A model generated the notes under the pieces. That model searched no databases. It had not been told where the DNA came from and saw only the letters and a list, made by a program, of their open reading frames with translations. The position numbers and the translations under genes were made by a program. Shown here in pieces: positions 40,141 through 52,370 of a stretch of 64,000 bases of DNA. The DNA is from Lingula anatina (lineage: Eukaryota; Animalia; Brachiopoda), in the NCBI GenBank assembly GCA_051362555.1, contig CM120642.1, forward strand, positions 8,122,001 through 8,186,000. Reading direction: 5' to 3'. The first letter of the stretch is position 1. Every line of letters starts with the position of its first letter.

Positions 40141-43100
40141 TTTAATGAAAATGGTGCTTACTTTTTTTCTTCCCTTATATCCTTTTATAAATTTGGTGAA
40201 GCACAAATATGTTATTTGACGTACTATAACCGTGTATAAAGTCATTTTGATGGGGTAGTGGTACCCTATGCTGTGATGTGTGGACTTGTATTCTATTTAG
40301 TATGACCGCGTTGTATAGATTTCTAAGGCAGCTTGTTACACACACACGCGCGCGCACACATTCGCTTGTAGTTGTTCACATTTTATTTGTCAATCGAATT
40401 CCGAAGTGCACATCCCTGATGATAGGTCTATCAATCCCCAAAGTTCCTAACTCTTATAGTCTGGGAGGAAATAGCGGAAATTACTAACGCACGGACACAC
40501 AGATGCACGGACGGGTGGGATGACACGATAACCGACTTTTGCCACGAAAGTCCAGGAATAAATATGCCCATCTCTCCGTCTACATTCCGTGCCTCCATTG
40601 TATGGAATGTGACGTACTTAATAGATGTGTGCTGTATTTAACTGTTAGCTCCATTGTCTCGTCAGAGAGTTCGTTCTCTAACCTCCAACTTTGGAATTCT
40701 TCTGCTGCCATGATTCTAGATCAACTGTGGACTTACTAGCAATATACGTAGATGTTGAAATACACAGAGAAAAAAAAAATTATACAGTTAACACATTGCA
40801 AAGTTCATAAAATCTACGCTGAGCTGCGATGGCTTGCTGCTGCCGCTGTGCAGTTTAAAGCTGTGAGTGACCGTTGGGCAGTTTCACGTGACCAAATATC
40901 CAAACGAGGCAGCTGATGTGATTGGACTGGCCACTGGTCAGTTACACGTGACCACTGCATGTTAGAACAAAGAGGATGCAGGGATAAAGGTCCCTATGCA
41001 GCCCTCCTGTGTGAGTTTTAAATACCATTTAGTTTAAATGGGCACTTTATTGAATGGCGGACCACTAAAATTCAGAATTTTACAACACTTGATTAAGTGC
41101 TTCACGGACGCAAGTTCACGTGTACAATGCCAAACTGTCAAATCTGTTTTTCTACAAAATTATAGCCTAACAGTTGTCTTAAATCAACGGCAGAGTATTT
41201 CTCAGCGATGGGTGTCGGTGGCTAGTTTGATCCCAGAGACAATGTCTTCGGTTTATAACACCGTACTGAAATCAGTCATCTTTCCTCTGGCTCCTGTGTA
41301 AAATGTCCTTAGTAGTCAGCAGTAGAGCAATTTGTGAAACGCACATCGCGCGGATCATTATTAACACCCCAACCCCTATAGATCTAAAAATGCTCTTGTT
41401 TTTTATCTTTATGAAGTGGTGAAAGGGAAGAAATAAAATAGAAAAAACAATGCGAGTTACCAAAAGGGTGGGCCCCACAAGAGTTAAAATTTATGCGCCC
41501 TACAATACACGTATAAAGGCTCCATGGTACCACGTAGAATGTAAATGCCCGTTCATTTGGCTAATAAGTGGCAAACAGAGAGCGGTTCGCTCTCGCCTCG
41601 TCTCACGTCTCAGCTTCTCTAAATATTTAACTCCCCTCAGTTAGAGGGGCGTGTTTGTCCTTGGGATTTCAAGGGTGCTTGAGTAAGGCACGTCGCTGGT
41701 CACCGTGTCACGGGGTTTGCTCACGTGGAAAACATCACTACAGTATGACAGTGAAAGCTGATTATGTTGGACGCGGCCCAGCAGAAAGGCTCACACAATT
41801 TAGTCCACAAACACAAGGAGTCAGAAAATTGGGTAATTTGTGTTTTCATTTCCCCCGGGGAAATGCAAGCTCAAGGCCCCTATTTGTGTGCGCTACGGTT
41901 GATTAGCGTTGGATCATGAGTCCTTTAGAATTTTCAGATTTTAAATCACAAATCGGGGAGAAATAGCAGCTGCCTGTATGGGATCGACGAAACCAGCATA
42001 TTAGTTTATATGGTTTTGTCATATCGCCAACAATCATCACTGGCCGTACAATGTACGTTGTTAATACTTGATTATGAACAGGTTTCTTTTCCTTCAATTA
42101 CTCAGTCACTTAGGTCGCATCCTCTTGGTGGATGTTGGTTACGCAAAAGAACTTTACGATTACTTCCCGAGAGGAAGACCACCGAAGATTGAATAAAGTT
42201 TGCGTCACAAAGAGATCAATCACATTACTTGTACAATGTTAATTGAACCAGATTCGTACTCAGGATACATTTTTGAACAAATGGGACACTTTGATTTGAT
42301 CAATGCCCAATAAATTAAGCTGCTCGTGGTCAACATTGACTAAACGCAATTCATATCTCAAGTGGCGTTAAATCAACAGCAGTTAAGGCAGCTTGAAAAA
42401 GTTGAACAATCACCGTCTCTTCATTGTCTGAAACGCCAAATGTGTACAGTAAGGATTTTCAATCCTTGGAAACGGTCAGTTTTGGAGCAATGTCATGTAT
42501 ACACAAGGGAAGTACACAGGGGATGGGCGGCGGGCAGGCAGCCGCAATATTTGTAATCCTCACAACTACCAACACTGATTTTAAACACTCGCTTTATTTC
42601 CATCTATGTACCTGTCTTATTCTTTTTGCTTGCTCGTGATTTTCATAATTCTTGCTCAAAACAAGACTTCATTTTTTTTCTCATAGGTATGGATTTACCC
42701 CATTAACATAAAATTGAATTTAACGTAGGATTAGCAATTACATTTCTCGCATTTCGAACTTTTGCTTGAAAATTCAAATAATTTATTGAAAGACATCCAA
42801 AATATTTACAGGCTACTGCGAATATTCAATTAAAATGAGATCGTTCAGTGGCTGAGATTGTGAAAAACTGTAGATGGGTTTCTATTGTACCTGTATTTTC
42901 CCAAGCAATTTTTATGCTGTCACACAGCGGCATTGTTAGGTATCCAGCATTGAACTACTGGCTGATCTTAACATCAGTGTCATTTATTTCTCTGGTTAAG
43001 AACTGGAGTCTCCCTTGACAGCATTGGCAATCGAACAAGTTGTGAACAGGAAACCGTGGCCATCTACGTGAAAAAGAACAACAATTACTTTAATTTCGGC

Positions 43101-44530
43101 TTTTAGTTGCGTCAGTCGCGTGGATGGGAAACAAACCCACTTTAAAAGATGAAAAACACCATAAAAAGAAAAATAATAATCTTTAATTAGAACAGTGGTG
43201 TCAAGGTTTCCTCACGAATCGTTTGGTTAAAAATTAGCAAAATATATACAGTATATATATTGAAAGTTGTTGAAAAGTCCGTGAGTTGTATTTAAAGTTG
43301 ACAGTCGACATGGGATTTGGGATCATAGCGGCACTTCCTCCGATAACTTGAACCGAATCCATGGAAAGCTGGCGAGAAAAAATTCCCTTAAAAACATACC
43401 TTTGTTTGTTGATATCGATCGCTCTGTTTGTATGTAGGATGGGTGTTGTCACTTGGTCAATTTGATATCGGAATTATCTTCATCAAAAGTAGGCCGTTTT
43501 AATTGATGTTTTGAAAGTCTATACACTAATCAAACCAGTCTATTCACAATGAAGAGAGTGAATAAAACCAAGCAATACACCGTATTATATAAGTCTCATC
43601 TCTGCAAGTGTTCATTTCCCAAGAAGAGATTGAAACTTTTAACTGGGGGGTATTATTCAAAGTGGATCGTTATGGCAACCCACGCTGAGCGAGCTATTCA
43701 TTTTATCATCGAGCTGGGAGAAAGGCACCATTCACTAACGTTCAGTCCCAGTGGAGACATTGTTGGGGAGTAATTTGAACACTATTGTGACATCACCTAC
43801 AACTGGACAGACGCTACCTCCCTTTTCACATAAAACCATGTAAAGAACGGCACATTTTTTGAAATATTTGAAAAATAAGGTTGATCTGTTTTATCAGGTA
43901 AAAGTAACGCGAACGCAAATTTCTTCTAAAGAATGTACATGTGCTAAATGGAACATGTAAAAAAGGACATGGAAAACAGAAATAAAACTTGAAGATGCCG
44001 AGACCAAAACAAAAACAGTAAAGCCTTTCTTTTTTCTTTTTTCCTAAATAATTTTTTCAAAGAAAGGGAAATCTCAACGCAAAACACGAAGGTAGGTAAA
44101 GTAGACCATAATATATCATCTAAAAGTTTACTCAGTTGCTTAGAGACATATTCATTCAGTATACCGTTAGGTTTCAATGCCTTATGTAATGTCCGAAATA
44201 ATAATAGGGCAATTCTGAACGAATAAATCAGCCGCATTTGTGAGTCCGTAAATGTTGATTCAGTTTTGCAAGACGACACCTAACCCACAATGGGTAGTCC
44301 AGTAACGCAAACATGGACTTGAATTATCTGAATGCTCGGTCATGGCCCTATAGGGATGTATTCAGAAAAATAAAAGGATTGCTTTGAACAAAATCTTCCT
44401 TGGGCCTTGTGGTCAGATGGGAGGCCAAGAAATAAGGATGGTGAAGAGGACTATTGTTGTGGCATCAGAAATCCGTCCCCATGGTGTCACCATGCTACCG
44501 AGAGAGAAACACAAAAATATTGCGAAGATG

Positions 44531-44556
44531 ATAAAACATACGCTGCCGTCTCTAAC
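44531..44556 (+). promoter_or_regulatory. Core-promoter block shared by the three Ala/Ser-rich paralogues (copy A)
   Basis: ATAAAACATACGCTGCCGTCTCTAAC, followed by Inr-like TCAG 30 bp after the ATAAAA; homologous blocks lie upstream of paralogues B and C. Confidence 0.5.
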
Positions 44557-44709
44557 AGCATCAGAAATCTCAGAGGCGCCTAAGAAGGAACACGTGAAAG
44601 TCGGATTTAAAAAAGGCGCTCCACATAGATTGAAACAGAAGGAGTTTTAGGAAGCCAGGGAACCGCAGAAGCACCTTATCTAACTGAGATTTATACTACA
44701 AAACCAAAC

Positions 44710-46917
44710 ATGAAATTTACGTTGCTTCTTCACTTACTGCTTGTTGCATTTGGTAAGTTATTTTTCATTTTTTCGTTTTCAGTAAAATAATTTATTTAAT
44801 TAAACTTATGTTAGGGTATACATTTGTAGTTAATTTTTCGTCAACTTTTTTCATAGTGAGCGATAAAGCTACCTGCGCGACGGACAGTCTAAAAAGTTAT
44901 GTGAATTCGACCAAAATTTGTTAATAGCACGTCTAACATTCAATTTTTTTTCCATTTCAAACATGATAGCATTCTCTTATAAAAAAATAGATTATGGAAT
45001 CATCTTCAAGCGAAAACACAGTGAACAAAAAAGGACAAAAAATGTGACAACATCATTTCTTTGTCGTTCACATCCAACCGAGCATCATCAAAACTGAAAA
45101 CCAGGTTAACTGAAGCCAATAAATAGCGCCAATTGGATTAAATCCTAATATTGTTTTACAGATCATTTATATTTCTCAATCATTTTAAAAGTCTTTACGA
45201 GACTGGCTTAAAATGATTTAAAGAGAGGCGCAACATCAGTTGGATCTGCGTGTTATTTTTCAGGATAAATCTCGCGGTGCTGTTACTTTTAAGATATGCC
45301 TTTGCAAGATCCTAGAATGAAGTTACTTCCTATTTGAAGTATATGAATGCGAGCAAAAATAATTTCTGCAATTTAACGATGCATATATGTTTATAAACTG
45401 AGGTGCTAACCTCAAACTAAAAGGAAAAGACAACAAAGGATAAGACTCTAAAGCGACAAGTGTAGTGTTTTTCTAGTCTTAAGGCGAACATCTGATTCAT
45501 ACTAGAAAAATCTGTGTGTACAATCAATTCATGAGTAAACTTAACTGAGAAGTTAACTTACCACTTGAATTAAGCATCGATCAAAAGTAGTTTGTGCAAA
45601 CATAGTGCGCCGTTGTCCAGTCAATAGAAATAGACACCTTTGATAATTATCATCTTATCCTTTATCAAAATTTGAACACTGTGTTGCTATGGAAATACGT
45701 GGGTGACGTAGCAATACTGCGGCTATTAATGATATAGATTACACTTTGTTGTAATAATCTATTTTGAAAGAAAAAATGTAGCCTTTGCATGAAAAAGATT
45801 ACATTTATTTTCACTACTTAAAAAAAGAGAGGGTAAAGAAAAAAAATGAATTTAGCCGTTTAATCATTTCTTTCTTTTTCTTTTAGTGTTGCATTCCGCA
45901 TACTCACAGAGCTCTTCATCAGACACGGCGTCAGCAGGTGCCTCATCCTCTGCTGGAGCAAGTGCGTCATCCTCTGCTGGAGCAAGTGCCTCATCATCTG
46001 CTGGAGCAGGTGCCTCATCCTCTGCAGGTGCGTCATCCTCTGCCGGTGCGTCATCCTCTGTTGCAGCAAGCGCCTCATCCTCCGCTGGAGCAGGTGCTTC
46101 GTCTTCTGCTGGAGCAGGTGCGTCATCCTCTGCCGCTGCGTCATCCTCTGCCGGTGCGTCATCCTCTGCTGGAGCAGGTGCCTCATCCTCTGCCGGAGCT
46201 GGTGCCTCATCCTCTGCCGGAGCCTCATCCTCTGCCGGAGCAGGTGCCTCATCCTCTGCTGGAGCAGGTGCTTCATCCTCTGCTGGAGCAGGTGCCTCAT
46301 CCTCTGCTGGAGCAGGTGCTTCGTCCTCTGCTGGAGCAGGTGCCTCGTCCTCTGCTGGAGCAGGTGCCTCATCATCTGCTGGAGCAGCCGCCTCGTCCTC
46401 TGCTGGAGCAGCAGCCTCATCCTCTGCTGGAGCAGCCGCCTCATCCTCTGCTGGAGCTGCTGCCTCATCCTCCGCTGGAGCAGCCGCCTCATCTTCTGCT
46501 GGAGCAGCCGCCTCATCTTCTGCTGGAGCAGCTGCCTCGTCCTCTGCTGGAGCAGCCGCCTCATCTTCTGCTGGAGCAGCCGCCTCATCCTCCGCTGGGG
46601 CAGCCGCCTCCTCCTCAGCCGTTGCGGCGTCGTCCTCTGGAGCAGCTGCAGCAGCAACATCATCAGGAGCGGCAGCAACAACAACAGCAGGAGCCGCAGC
46701 AGCAGCCTCAGATTCAACCGTTACAGTGACTGCTGTAGCAGCTACATCATCGGCAGCGTCTTCATCATCCAGTTCTACTGCTGTTACCTCTTCATCAAAC
46801 TCCACAGAAGCAACGACGACTGCTGCCAATTTCGGTCCCGAAAATGGCGTTTCACAATTCACAGTTAGTATGGCATGCTTCTTTTTGGCTCTCTTAGCTT
46901 TCTTGGTTCACGGATAA
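44710..46917 (+). CDS. Ala/Ser/Gly-rich repetitive secreted, probably GPI-anchored protein, paralogue A (357 aa)
   Basis: join(44710..44752,45887..46917), phase-1 GT-AG intron. Signal peptide MKFTLLLHLLLVAFVLHSAYS|Q; ~30 units of AGA(G/A/S)ASSS or AGASSS; C-terminus SSNSTEATTTAANFGPENGVSQFTVSMACFFLALLAFLVHG* (small-residue omega site, spacer, hydrophobic end, no cytoplasmic tail). AATAAA at 48025-48030. Confidence 0.88.
45935..46640 (+). repeat. Coding minisatellite, 24-bp unit with 18-bp variants
   Basis: Unit TCATCCTCTGCTGGAGCAGGTGCC (SSSAGAGA), changing to TCATCCTCTGCTGGAGCAGCCGCC (SSSAGAAA) from ~46370. Confidence 0.92.
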
Positions 46918-49900
46918 AATACGACCCTACTCGCAGTGCCATTAACGTGGGCGAATGGACATTATTTTCGAGTTGATTTCGAAATTTCAGCGCTGGTCAC
47001 CCAGGTTAATGGCATCACCTATGTATCTTACACCGCTTATTTTTTAAAACTGTGATGGAAAAGGCAGCAGGACTGCAGTTGGATATATGAAATTTTATGA
47101 CATCATATGACTTAGATTTGGGAAAATATCCCCTGGGACCGATCTCCTTACTCCACTATCACTCTTCTCAGATGACATCTATTCTTACACATAACTTTAT
47201 GGATAATATCTCTGAAGATGCTTTAAACGGAAGAAAGGACAATAATTGAATACAGATCACGTACATGCATATCCATACTTCAAAACTGTGATATATATTT
47301 GACTCAGTGAAGATTTGATCTGTTGTGCCTTCGATGCTATATGCAGTACGGCAAATTGAAATGAACTTGCAATCTGTGATATCTCTTATGAGACATATTT
47401 AGCTTAGTTATACCGAAGCAAGATGGACGGTTTTCTATTATTACATGTATTTAAACATATCAATAGGACATACAATGACAGTAGCATGATGTTTATTTTG
47501 ATACAATATTTACGGAAAAAATGTTGCTGACAGCAATTGTGTCCGCTGTTTGAGGCAAGTCCGATGAACCCAATTTGTTCTCCTTGTCGCATGCACAAGA
47601 TGCACACTCGCTTAAAAATGCGATGTGATTTGCTACAGTTCCAGTATCAATTAATGTCGCAACTCAAACGCATATGGCGCTCCACCGATCTTGCCGATGA
47701 CGATCTCGCGGTACTTCTCGAGATCTGATATGAAATGGCGATCTGAATGTTAGAGGATGTGCCAATGAATTTTTGTGTTGACAATTTATGTATTTTCAAA
47801 GAAAATTGAAAAGAAATATTTCTCCTGTGGACTAAGACGTGCTGAGTAATTGATCAGGGCAGTAGCATGAATACCCTAAGTTTTTCATTTATTTGTTTTG
47901 TATTTATTGGTTTAACAATATTCCATATGTAATGAGTCTTAACAAGGGTATGAATTTTTTATTTACGCTCTTTATGACGTTACTATGAAGCGCTGAGTTG
48001 AACAGTTGAGGAATAGAAAAAAAAAATAAATGTCTAATATACATTGTATATATCGCTTGAGTTTTTTTTCTTGAATTTTGCCATGTACATGTTCCTTTAT
48101 GTTGTCTTCAATTTGATTTAAAACTATAATGTCCATGTATTTATTAAGCAAGTCCAAACGCATACCTAGTAATATCTGAAGTTAGCTAAGTACCATTTGC
48201 AGTAGCACGCGGAGAGGGGGGATTGTTATTTGTATTACTTTTATCCATAAATCATAACAGAGGACCAAGAAGAGCTAATAACAAAAATACAAGTATAATA
48301 ATTGTTTTTCTATACCCGTATATCCGCGAGTTGTGAATTTTCTCACCTACCGCATTTACTGTTAATGCACTGCACCGTACCAGTACTCCGGCGGGTACGC
48401 TTACTTTTAATGAAAGGAAGCCGTTTACCATCACAAAATGGCGACGTGTGGTGTTTGGTTAATATTAACTTGTGTTTGGCATAAAACAATTTGTACAGGG
48501 AAGTAAACAGGGTGAATCTTTATTTTACAAAGAAGTAAAAGATAGTGGTTTATCAAGTTTTAAATATATATAAAAATTCAAAAACGGAATATACATGTAA
48601 GATAACACAATTGTACCGTTTGTTATGCATGGGGCTCTATGGGAATACGCACCGAATATTGTCTCGCTAAGATATGGGACGAATGTATCAAACATTTTTG
48701 TAGCTAAGTCTTTCCACAAAAAGTGATTTCTTCCACGTTGAAATCATATAAAATGATCAGGTAAGTCAGAATAATACAAACATTCCACAAATTGAAAGGG
48801 TCAATGAATAGCCTGAGAGAATCACTTTGTCTAGAATGACCCTGTTTTACGTACATATGGACACATACATACACTTGGGGAAATTTTGCCTCACGCGTTG
48901 GGTCAGCCGTGAGGACAGAGGCAGAGATTATATACTCATGTCCTTGTGAACTTATACAAATTTACCATACAATTTCATAAGGGCTACAAGTATTAATGAA
49001 AATAACTGGTGTCTGATAAATGCTATATTCACACCTGGGATAACGACATGGTTTTGCGCATATATTGATGCTCATAAGCAAACTATGCTAGTCGTTGTCA
49101 GTAGTAACAACGGGATTGAGTCATGCAAATAATCTGTTGTGAATAATATATTTTACTTAACCAAGCAGTCAACTAAAACGTTTGACATCCGGCAAAAAGG
49201 CAAGTTTCGTGTACACAGCACTTGGTTGATCATGAGTTGCCATAGAGGGATATTGATTTCCTTGGTGTTTATATGAAATGTAAGCATTGTCGAAGCCATT
49301 TCCAGCTACGTTCATTAATAATGCTTTGTATAAATTTTAGACTTCAGGTGTGTTTTGATAGCAGATATTTGCATGGTGTAAAATAACGTGAATTTGGGCT
49401 TTGAATGATGGCGAAATAAAACTTGGCTGATCATATCAACACAAGGTATCTTGAGTTAGTTGTCGTAGGGTACGGTGGAATCGGAACTTAAACTTCGAGT
49501 AAGCCCATTTTTGTGGAATTAAGATCTGTACAGAAGAAGAGATACGTGAGGGAAGCAAAAAATTCTGGTCGTGTTTATTCTGCTAAGTGCGTAAGAAATC
49601 GTTAAATAAATGGCGGATGCAGTAGGCAGTTAATTGTAACCAGACAAAAACATGACAGTTTTCTTTAAAAAAACGCGTTTAAGTAGTGATGAAGGATAAC
49701 TCAAGCACATAGTGTGAGCGAGTTGAATTCACATAATTCTCCTCAAAATGGTGATAAATCAAATTTTAAAAGATTTTACAGATTATTTATATGAATTCAT
49801 AAAGTTCAAAAGTATATAATTGCGATGAAAGACAAACAAAAAAGCTTGATTATATTGAAATAATTGCACAAAACTTTATTTTTTTTACTATCTCAACTGT

Positions 49901-50881
49901 ACAACTCAGAGCGTCATAGCTACTTCATAACAAGCTTTGCATTTACATCATACCCTTACTTTTCTTTTCAACCGTTCCATAAATCATTAAATTAATAAAT
50001 AAATACATGGCATACGACTGATCAAAGTTACAAATGTCACTTCATATTGGGTAATCATGACAGTGCTCGCTCAGTTACTCAACTCTCAGTAGGAGACAGG
50101 AGATTTTTCCTTCAATATCACACATTTTATGATGCAAAAATAATTCGGCACAACTCCATCAAATAAAATGCCACCAGCTCATCAAATCTCAAGAATCGAC
50201 ACGAGATCATCATCGGCGATTTTCAGGGTTGGCCATTTTTTAGTCACTCGGCTAGTTTTTGTCTTCACTGTGATGGGGCACGTAAGCGTGCGCCTAACAG
50301 GACAAGGAGAACCGACAGGGTTCATCGAACTTGACTTCTACAGGAGACAATCACTGCCATCAGCGACATTAAAACACACATTACAGACATTTTATATTAT
50401 ATAACACATGTATAAAACGGACGGACACCAGCAAGATGATAAAAATAGAATACTAATCAGATAATACCGGATATTCAAAATAAATGTAAAATAAAAGACA
50501 AGTTCTCGTCTTCGGAAGTTATCACAGATTTCGCTTATCAGTCTCTGCCACTTCTTGCATAAGGTTAAGTACAGTATACAGAGTATGGAATGTAGACACG
50601 GTAGATATGCTACGCACATCATCACAGTTTGAAATCATTGGCAATTTTTTCCGACGCCCCGTTACTTTTGGATGCTCGATATTTAGCCTAGAAAATCGAA
50701 AAGGAATCGTTCATGACTCCATAGGACGCGGGGTGTCAAATTAGCAGAAAGTATGTTGAGGTAAAGGTGGTGCCTTTAAAATGGAGGATCAATGTCCGAT
50801 TTCCTATAAATTGAGAAACAGATGCATGGTCTTCCAGTCCAAGGGCACATGGTGATAGGGTAGCGGTTTTCCATTTGGTGC

Positions 50882-52222
50882 TTAGGCCCGAAGTAGAGAG
50901 ATGATCAGGGCCGCAAAGAAGCAGAAAAGACTGGTGCCGACGGTGTCACTGCCTGTATTGTGGCCGAATTCTGCTGCGGTGGTGGTTTCGTTTGAAGCAG
51001 CAGTGGTGCTGTCACCTGAGGCGGCCGAACTGGAAGCTGAGCTGCCCGCAGAAGAAGCTGTGTTGGAACCACCCACTGAAACCGTGGCTGCTGAATCACT
51101 TGATGACGCTGCCCCGCCACCAGCTGATGATGCTGCTGCTGCTGCTGCTGACGACGACGCACCCGCGGAGGAGGCGGCTACGGCGGCGGAGGAGGAGGAG
51201 GCGGCTACGGCGGATGAAGCGGCGGCGTTAGAGGCGGCAGAGGAAGTTGATGCGGAAGAGGCAGCCGCGGAAGATCCTGCTGCGTTTGCTGACGATGATG
51301 AAGCAGCGGTGGAGGATGAAGCAGCGGCCGAGGATGTGGCAGCGGCGGAGGATGAAGCAGCGGCCGAGGATGTGGCAGACCCAGCAGAGGCCGATGACGA
51401 ATCTGAGGCGGTTGCTGCTGATGAATCGGAGGATGACGATTGCGAAGAAGCGAAGGGCAACGCTGAAATAAAAACAAGAAAATGCTTAATCATTTATTAA
51501 TTCTTACCTACTTCAAGCTAGCATTCTATGAACAACCATGACTTTATTTTATTACATTTTCTTTTGGTTTAAAGGAACTATTTATCAATTTTAAAGTTTT
51601 CCTCGTGAAACTCATATGATAATTTTTAGCACATTTAATTGCGACAGAAAGGCGCCTTCAAAGTATTTCCTTACATTGCTTAGTAGCGAAGGAAACGTTA
51701 ACATAGTGAACAAAAGATCGATACGAATTGTGCAACCTCTCTTATAGAACTTAAATCCATGAAACGAAAATGGATTTTATATAGAGAATGGAGGTCTTTT
51801 GCATTCGATGCCTTTGGAAGTTTATAAACATCTTACGCTAAACGGCGGTAACCTATCAATAATTACGACAGATATAATTTCTTTGGTTCACCATCCAAAT
51901 ATGCAATGGACAGTTCATGTAAATGTTAAGCAGTGAATTTTTTCTCATTATTTCTTTTCATTTTTTAACCATGGCAAAATTGTGCTTGAATTTATGAATC
52001 TCTGAACTAAAGCTAAACATTTTCCATTTGTATGTAACATATTTCAAATATATATTCACGACAACAGATATTTACTTTCATTTTGATATCAAGTAAAATA
52101 ATAGAGAAATTATAAATGCCTTAATATTAATAAGACATAAATGAATATTCTTGAAAAAACGAAAGAAGCAGATACTCACCAACAGCAAAAATCACCAGAG
52201 TTAGAATTAAAACAAACTTCAT
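50882..52222 (-). CDS. Ala/Ser-rich secreted, probably GPI-anchored protein, paralogue B (207 aa)
   Basis: complement(join(50882..51462,52180..52222)); same 43-nt first coding exon and phase-1 intron as A. MKFVLILTLVIFAVALPFASS|QSSSSD..., AAASSS-type irregular repeats, C-terminus ASNETTTAAEFGHNTGSDTVGTSLFCFFAALIISLLRA*. AATAAA on minus at 49875-49880. Confidence 0.87.
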
Positions 52223-52370
52223 GTTGATGCTTATTGCCGAATCGGATGTTGAATCTCTAATAGCTTTTTCTTATCTTTTCTTTTTTTTCCTGAATGTAAT
52301 ACTCGTTTGATTAACTATTTAAGATAATGTGTTAACGAAGCCTCTTCACTGTTTCCAAAAAATATCTGCA

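Noticed and set aside
45860-46862. Long antisense acidic ORF (EDEAAAPA repeats) and alternative-frame Q/R/L- and P/H/L-rich ORFs, resembling acidic shell-matrix proteins; same at 50901-51500 and 61820-62275
   Set aside because: These are shadows of the low-complexity repeat. Only the Ala/Ser strand has a signal-peptide exon, matching splice sites, a GPI-type tail, a conserved promoter and a poly(A) signal in all three copies.
47687-47743. True SECIS element, implying selenoproteins
   Set aside because: No in-frame UGA in any paralogue (all end in TAA), the upper helix is too short and there is no conserved apical AA. Kept only as a K-turn-like candidate.
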